Positions 42,271 to 64,000 of a DNA stretch of 64,000 nucleotides are shown here, piece after piece. The number at the start of each line of letters is the position of its first letter. Position 1 is the first letter of the stretch. The notes under the pieces are model-generated. The model was given only the letters and a program-made list of their open reading frames with translations, made no database searches and was not told the origin of the DNA. The position numbers and the translations under genes are program-made. The DNA comes from Amoebidium appalachense (taxonomy: Eukaryota > Protista > Ichthyosporea), in contig CAVNZM010000012.1 of assembly GCA_963693365.1 (NCBI GenBank), forward strand, positions 806,001 to 870,000. The letters run 5' to 3'.

Positions 42271-43334
42271 CCCTCCCCCCCCCCACCACCCCCCCCCCCA
42301 AAAAAAAAACAAAAAAAAACACATGGCACACATACTCAAAGCACAATCTAAGTGTGCTCCAACCATGCATACGCAACTCCCCCGGTCCCCCCCCCCTCTC
42401 TTTCCCCCCCTCACATGCAGGTGCACACGCAGACCCCCCCCCCCCCCCCCCCCCCCCACCAACACCACCCACTAACCCAAACCAGCGCCCTAACCCTTCC
42501 GCACACACACTCCCCCCCCATTCCCCCCCCAAGAACCTCTACACACACACACACAAAAACACACACACACATACACACAGGCAAAGACCTCCCCCCTTCC
42601 TCCCCCTCCACCACCCCAGCTCTCAAAAAAAAACAACCCCCCCCCCCCCCCCCCCACACACACACACAAAGACACGCACCGAGCTCATCCGAGCCATCCT
42701 TGCAGTCGCAGTAGTCGTCGTTGACTGCCGTCAGAGGCACCTTGGTGGCCCCCCCGTCACACACAAACTCCTTGCCCAGGCTACCGTCATAGCGCGAAAG
42801 ATCTGGGGGCCACGTGTGCTTTAGATTTTAGATAGAAAGAAAAGTATAGTGGCAAAAGGGGATATGAGGGCAGAGAGATAAGGAAGCGAAGGCGAAGCAT
42901 TACACTCGTGTTAGAATAACACCACTCACTAATTGAACAATTTTGCACACATCTATCCTATCTATAGTGCGCTTATATATACCGAGGTGTGCGCCGTGGT
43001 GCCTGAGTACGTGCATGTCGAGTAGTTTTAGTTGCAAAACTGAAGGCGACAAGAACATCACTGAGTGCGTGCCAAGTGTGCACAGCAGTAACACCAGTAT
43101 TTGCCCTGTTCACCATTTGCCAGGTGCAGCCAAGCCAGCTGTACTTCGCGTGCTTGATCTGTGTTGTATGTGCTAGTTAACACCCATGATCCCAATACAC
43201 GCACACAGGATGTGCACACACATAACATGCACAGATAACAGCAACACACCTTCAGGAGCAACACCAAGAGGAAGATCTGCAGCCGCGGCCAAGGCGCCGA
43301 GACAGGCCAAACTGACAACCACAGCCCCAGCCAT
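32758..43334 (-). CDS. PRKCSH: Glucosidase II beta subunit (PRKCSH/GTB1), ~485 aa
   Basis: 14 in-phase exons: 43334-43250, 42802-42680, 41907-41809, 40860-40748, 39934-39811, 39253-39149, 38179-38096, 37924-37856, 37328-37284, 36602-36489, 35659-35509, 34948-34886, 33923-33824 and 32940-32758. Signal peptide; [20 protein letters not shown]; [14 protein letters not shown]; coiled coil; acidic linker; MRH domain ([31 protein letters not shown]); C-terminal ER-retention signal RDEL. Confidence 0.95.
33758..33779 (-). mobile_element. Poly(C)-flanked element, minimal 22-bp terminal copy
   Basis: TTTGAATGCGGAACACGGTACG embedded between two G runs. Confidence 0.75.
33935..34080. repeat. 40-bp tandem array (~3.5 units) abutting the acceptor at 33924
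   Basis: Unit GTGAGATATACGGTGGATATGTGGGTGTAGTTTGGACCGT. Confidence 0.85.
34286..34506 (-). mobile_element. Poly(C)-flanked element, young copy (~220 bp)
   Basis: TTTGAATGCGGAACAC...CTCAGACAGCAGCATCAAC with G runs on both sides. Confidence 0.9.
34981..35330 (-). mobile_element. Poly(C)-flanked element, old copy interrupted by a GT/G tract
   Basis: TTAGAATGCGGTACA..GTATGCATCATAAGCAGCACCCAT..CAAGTCATC..CCAACTCAGACA..GGGTGGGTCACCCGTTTTGATCAGAGACGAGCAG. Confidence 0.7.
36685..36820 (-). mobile_element. Poly(C)-flanked element, intermediate-age copy
   Basis: AAGAATGCGGAACACGGTACTAAGT..GGACACATGCAAAGGCAAGCAATCAAGTATACAACATCAGC..CATAAGCAGAACCTATCCTC, G-rich on both sides. Confidence 0.8.
40166..40320 (-). 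mobile_element. Poly(C)-flanked element, old degenerate copy
   Basis: TTAAATGCGGCAC..CCCATTCCAGGAATGGAGGCCAAGTCATC..TCGACC after a G tract. Confidence 0.5.
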
Positions 43335-43344
43335 AGTGTCTGGG

Positions 43345-43414
<70 letters not shown>

Positions 43415-45502
43415 TAACGGCGGTGTGTTTATGTGGTGGTGGACCGGTGGTGGTGTGTGTATGTGGTGGTAGTCGTGGTGGTGTGTGTGTGTGTGTGGTG
43501 GTCGTGGTGATGGGGGGGAGGGGGGAACGGGGAGGGCCGGGGGGGGGAGGGGAGGGGGGGGGAGGGAGGAGGGGGGAGGGGGAGGGGGGGGGGGGGGGGG
43601 GGGGACGGGGGATGTAAGTTAGGAGTGTGGAAATAACACGAAAAAAGAAGTCATGACGGAGTTATTAATGTAAGATAATGGTTGTTAGAGAGAAGAAGAT
43701 TCATAAGAGAATAATCAGCCAACGTACCGCACAGCAAAGGCTCGGGGACAGGAAAAGGAGAGAGAGAGAGAGAGGGCCAGCAACAAAGCCTACAACGCAG
43801 CGGGGCAACCGTGTTTGGGGAGGAGGGATAAGGCGTAACTGGTATGCTCTGCATGTGCGTTTAGACCTCTAGACGTATGTAGAACTCGGGCTAAGTTACT
43901 GTGACGAAGAAGTGCCCGTAATTCCTTCACACATATATATAAACATCGTATTTGCAAGGATAGGGAGATTCGAAGTACTATGCCTGGGAGTAAACCCGGC
44001 GGAACTCCTGTTGAAACAATTAGGCAGCTTAATGGTGCAGTACCTTTTGGAGTAAAGAGTATCGTGTTCCCGCCCTTGGATATATGTGTCTTAAACAGCC
44101 AAATGGTGTATGTACAATTTTAGTGAAACTCAGTTTTGAAAGTCCGACTGCAGTGCAGTCCTTGGTTGGTAACATTCGCGAGCCGGCAGTGACAACAAAT
44201 TCCTGGCTGGTATCCATGATGATTGAGCCAATCAGTTTCTTAAATGCCCAAAGGATAGGAGCAGCAACGCTGCTGATTTGTTTACTATCATGCAGAACGA
44301 GAGCCGGAATTTTTTGTTGTTGATGGCGCAATCTCTCTGGCATGCAGTTCAGACTAAGCAGTTCATGACCGGCTTCGTCCGACTTGCAAACAACATGGCT
44401 AAAATGCCATGTACCAACATCGTTACCGTGGCACAGTACTGTACTGGTGTATATAGTTAACAAAAAGGGAGGGAACGAGTCTATATGGTACTTGCTGTGG
44501 CGTATGCGGCCCGCCAGTCGGCTATATAGCCATGGCGTCTACATCTTGAACATGTCCCAACCTGTGACTTTTGGCCGGGCAATGACACGCGTAAGAGCGC
44601 CATGCGCGCATGCGGAACTTGGTCCAAATTTTCGAAGCTCACTGCAATATGTAACAATCACCTTTTAACTGAAAGCATAACCAGGAGCACATCCCTGTTT
44701 TTTAATCTTAACGCAAAAGAGTAATGGCCAGGAATTACTTTTGCATTACGAGATGGCGCTCACACATGAGTGGGCCGTTCGTGTGCCCCAACTTCCATAC
44801 TGTACTGGAACCTCCTCCACTGCTATCTTCGAATTCCTTACCGGTGAATAGATTCCTTTCATCTGCTCACTCTTATATTTCTGTTAGTTTATATCTGCTC
44901 ATCACTCTGACGAGCTCTATGGGTGCCCTGCACCCTTTAGGCTCTACACCTCGACCAGCAAGGCTTTCTCTATACCACCGTTGAAGATGCAAAGATGTCG
45001 ACACCCAAGAATGATAGGTACATACATATGGGCGTGTAATTTAAAAATAGTATTCATGTTATGTTCATATATACACCGTGTTGTGCTCATACATATCAGT
45101 GGTTAAAAAGCGGTTAGAAATCTATGTATAGTTTGTTTTGGGATACGATGTGTCAGAGAAACAGAGGAGTTTGTGTATTGAACAAGAGTATTGTAGATGT
45201 GTGGCCTCTTCTGCATGTATTGACCGGGCTAAAATTCTGTGTTTGTGTGCATGTGTTTGATGGTCTTTGTAAAAGAACGTTATGTGCTCGCACACACAAA
45301 ACATGTGTGTGAGTGGGTGGGAGTGAGTGTTGCGTCTAAGTGGTGGTATAGAGAAACGTATTGCTTACATTCATATACGCTGACTTCCTTAAAAGTGTGC
45401 CTCTCTCTGTTAAAATGATTTGATAAGAAACGGGATAACGGCAACAAGAAATTATCTACATAAACCCACCCACCATCTAGCCTGCCTCTTTCTTAAAGTC
45501 AC

Positions 45503-60030
<14,528 letters not shown>

Positions 60031-61380
60031 TCTAGTGGGTGGTAACTAGGCCCCACCTATGCCTAGGTAGGTGAAACCACTTAGAAGACTAAACTACGTC
60101 TCCCCAGGAACTAACGAAGTAGTAACCGCGGCATTCATGTCAAGCTACCGGTGGAAGTTATCCAATAGCTTGTAGTAATGTCTTGTTTGCTTTGTTCCTA
60201 TACGGCGTTACAGTAAGTTATGTATTGTAGTATTGCCGCTGTTAAAGGGAGTGTTGGAGCTACGTTTAAGAGCTACAAAGTTGGGTATAAATTCAGAGCG
60301 AAAAAGCAGCTGTTCGGAAACTCACAACACCAAGAGAGAACCTACGGCCACGAGAACATCCAGGCGTTAATAGTGCAAGCATATAGAAGTTACAATAACT
60401 CTGCCATATCCTCGTAAATTTTTAGATGAGAAACTGCACCTTTCCCTATGCCAACCGAAACGCTCGAACCAAGGCTTTTGCCCTTTGAAGTCGACTCCGA
60501 CCAGGTTGAGCTGAGTGTTGCGGTCAGGTCACGCGCGGCTCACACCAATATATACCCGGAATTCCTTCATGAAAAGTATGAAACTAAGCAGAGGGGGGTT
60601 TATAATGCAGCAAAATTACTGTGATGGGATTCTAAATTCGGTAGCAACAATTATTTTTGGTTTTCCTGAGTAGAGTTTTTCACGGTTGCTACCTCTTTAG
60701 GGATTGGTCCGGATATGGAACAGAGGAAAAAGGCAAGAAATACTATCTTAGCAATAAAGATATAAAACAAATAGGTATATAAATGAATTATTAGTTGAAC
60801 AGTTATTATTATCTACACTTATTATCTGCTCGTTCATTCTTTGTATGTACTACTACCACCTGAGTGGCGCAACGGTCGCTTGGTGATTCTGTCATCCTGA
60901 GATCCACCAATCACCGTTCAAGAGACATGACGTAATCCCCCTCCCCTCTGCCCCAAGGCCTCCCCCCCCCCCCCCCCCCCCCCTTGACCATGCCTCGCCT
61001 GCTGGGGCCGACTCCCCCCTTCCCCCCCCCCCCCCCCCCCCCCGGCCTCCCCCCGCTGTCACCCACCCCTCCCTCCCCCACCAACAACAAGACACAACCA
61101 CAAATTGGCACGGCGGCACACTTGCGCGCATACAAACAAACGTACACGTATACACACGCACGCACACGCACGCACACCGTGACACGCACACGCACACACA
61201 CACACACACACACGCATGCGCACCATGACGCACAAATGTAATACCACACAATCTCAGATCTCACACACACACGTGCCCACGTACGCAAATTAACGCCCAC
61301 ACACACAGCGTGTACGATGCTCAAACCCTCCCCTCCGAGACCCTCCCTGCCCCCCCCCGGCCCCCCCCCCCCCCCCTCAG

Positions 61381-61414
<34 letters not shown>

Positions 61415-61474
61415 CCCCCCGGCCTCCCCTTCCCCCCTTTCCTTCCCACCCCTTCCCGGCCCTCCCAAACAAAC

Positions 61475-61505
<31 letters not shown>

Positions 61506-61942
61506 AACACACAAACACACACACACACACACACACATGTTCAAGGCATACACACACGCGCCAGGGCACGCACCCGCACACACAAAAATGCAAAAAAGGG
61601 TACGCGCATCCGCGAGGGTGCACACGCGCACGCAGTTCTACACACACACGTCGGAGATCCGCATCCCTATCAGGGTTTGCCCAATAACCGAAAGGGGTAC
61701 TGGGACAGCGGCTACGTCCGCGGCGGGAAAGGAGTATTATGAGTCCACGCCGGTATGTGGAGTTTTTGTGATCAAACAGGCTTTGCAAACCGTTTTTTTT
61801 TCATGCCCACTTGGGATATCGATGGGCAGGGCAGGGCGCGGGGTTGTGTGTGGGTGTGTGTGTGTGTGTGTGTGTGTGCGCGGGCGCTTGCTTGCTAAGC
61901 CTTGTGTGTGCACGTTTGGCAATGTGTGCGTGTGTGTGCGTG

Positions 61943-62001
<59 letters not shown>

Positions 62002-62822
62002 GTGTGTGTGCGTGTTTGTGTGCGCCACGGGTTATGGTGATGGTGGTAGGGGAGAGGGGGGAGGGGGGAGGGGGGGGAGGGGGGGGGGGGGGAGGGGGGA
62101 GGGGGGGGGCAGCACATGAATCACAATGTGTGCTTGAATGCCTGCGAGCAGCTTTCAGAAAAGACACAGCATTTGGAACGTGCCAGGAGCTCGTGCGAGG
62201 GTTATGAGGAACCAAGTGATCATGAGGCGTTTTGATTTCCGTCCTCTGCATTGCTGCCTCCATGTAAGCCGATATTAAGGAACACCATTTGGGGCGATGT
62301 AAGGTGTAAGCCATATCATTTGTTTTTACCTTATGAGGGGGGGGGGGGGGGGGGAAGGGGGGGGGGGGGAGAAGCAGGAAGGGGAGGGGGGGGGGGGGTT
62401 GAGTACTCCAGACTCAGAATGGGGGGGAGGGGAGGGATACGTGGTGTCTTAGAGTATACATACGGAGCGTAAAAACATAAGGACTTGTTACTGTGATACC
62501 TGCAATGAAAAAAAAAAGCTAACATGAGCACTTGATACTGTGATAGCTACAATAAAACAAATCTAATATTAGCACTTGATACTGCAAACATGCTCCATCT
62601 TTTATGAAACTTTGTTGGTTTCGAGTTCCCCTTCGAAGGAGGAAGTTGAAGGCGAAATGAATGCCATCGAGTCATTGCAATGATCCGTGACTGGGTGGAT
62701 GGGAAAGTGGGTGCCGGTGGGGACAACATTATGCATGCCGTTTGAAGTTGTGAATTATATGTGTGCTCTGTGAATACTATACACGTCACCTAGGTGTGGT
62801 CTGTGTGTGTGTGTGTGTGCAT

Positions 62823-62853
<31 letters not shown>

Positions 62854-63652
62854 GGGGGGGGAGGGGGTAGGTGGACAAAGTGATTGGAACAGTAAATGAC
62901 ACTGTGTGTGCGGTCATCATCATGGCCCGGCCTCGGGGGTACATGTGACACCGTGTGACCTCTGCGGCATGAGCATTATGAGCTGTGAGTGCGTGCACGT
63001 CTGCTTTAAATCTCCTGCCTGCGTGCATGCGTCCTCACGCTTGTGTGGTCGTGCGCGTGCACACGGGGGGGGGGGGGGGGGGGGGGGGGGAGGGGGGGAG
63101 AGCAAAAACTGCAGCGCACACATTAGTAATTTACTAATGGTCCATCGCATATTATTTCGGGAATGGCTTGGCGAACTATCTTATCCTGGCTAATCATGGA
63201 AGAGCCACCCGGGCCCTGGGGCGCCATCTCCTTCCGAATGGTCTGCAATGCACATCCCATCATGCAAGAAAATTTTTTAAACTGCTTCATAAACTACTGC
63301 TGCAGCTCCGCACCGCGCATCACATGGGACATCTGTACAGTTTCCTATACGGACAATGGATTAATTGGTTTCAACATTCCGCTACCTGGTCTGGTACGAT
63401 GTTTTGGGTACCTAATCTAGAGGCCCTCCATACCTAATAACAATATGTTTATGGTGTGATATCAAGTTTCAAATTGACAATTCCTTATACCCTAGTGTGT
63501 ACACGCATCCGCACACCTCGCGTAGTTTAAAATGCTTTGATGTCTCCTCGAGTATTGGTACACCCAAAATTACACATCCGAGGCCGTGCATACTTAACTT
63601 GCCACTCCACCAATCACATACGTTTATCTAAAGCTAAATAAAACCTACCATT

Positions 63653-64000
63653 CTAGTAATTTGTCGTAGGTAACGGAGGTGGGAGTACCCCCTCAGGTCC
63701 ATACAAGTCTGTTCTCTCTCTTCTAGCACCCCCATACAGCCCGTGTACTTCACTACTAATCACATGTTCTGGTAATGGTGGGGGATACACCGCGTTTGTT
63801 TCCAACATAGGATCATAAGCACCCCCTGTGTGAGCGTTTTCTCCCAAGGGATCATACTCGGAAACTGCGGGCGGTGTTTGACCGAGGAAGGAGGGCGGTG
63901 GTGGGGCGTTATTATCAATCGACCACCCTGGGGGATGAAGGATGTGAGAGGGAGGTCTTTCATGAACTGGTGAGTGTATTGGGTGGGCCGACAGAGTGGG
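63653..64000 (-). CDS. Terminal exon of a gene starting beyond the right edge; Pro-rich, with YDP motifs
   Basis: Frame is open from 64000 to TAG at 63653 (116 codons): [68 protein letters not shown]. Free of microsatellites and followed by an AT-rich, 3' UTR-like region. Confidence 0.65.
   Translation of the reverse strand, partial: PTLSAHPIHSPVHERPPSHILHPPGWSIDNNAPPPPSFLGQTPPAVSEYDPLGENAHTGGAYDPMLETNAVYPPPLPEHVISSEVHGLYGGARRERTDLYGPEGVLPPPLPTTNY

Noticed and set aside
63230-63400. Possible LINE reverse-transcriptase remnant (..LVSTFRYLV..)
   Set aside because: Only a short motif resemblance in a frame with several stops; no YADD or other RT motif seen.

Overview
Intron-rich eukaryotic DNA, probably from a unicellular opisthokont/holozoan-like protist (inferred from gene content, not proven). 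Introns are packed with (CA)n/(GT)n microsatellites and long G/C homopolymers, so almost all ORFs in the supplied track are spurious HT/CV/poly-G/poly-P reads. Manual GT-AG exon assembly with consistent phases gives: the 5' part of an unknown PH-like gene (-), a 2OG-Fe(II) oxygenase (-), a Cys-rich single-pass membrane protein (+), a divergent frameshifted protein kinase (+), a GDP-fucose transporter (-), glucosidase II beta/PRKCSH (-), an EVI5-like TBC RabGAP (-) and the last exon of a Pro-rich gene (-). There are also three tRNA-Gly(TCC) genes and a CAC..GTG MITE. The most unusual signal is a dispersed, hairpin-rich element of up to ~340 bp with about 14 copies of different ages. Nearly all copies share one fixed end (...GTGTTCCGCATTCAAA/CATTCTAA), are variably truncated at the other end, end in or sit inside poly(C) rather than poly(A), and are co-oriented with host transcription. 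It is a candidate poly(C)-tailed or poly(C)-targeting retroelement. Other unexplained structure includes a palindrome array at 24.2-24.7 kb, tandem arrays that copy splice signals, and a 61-bp direct repeat bracketing 1.36 kb.
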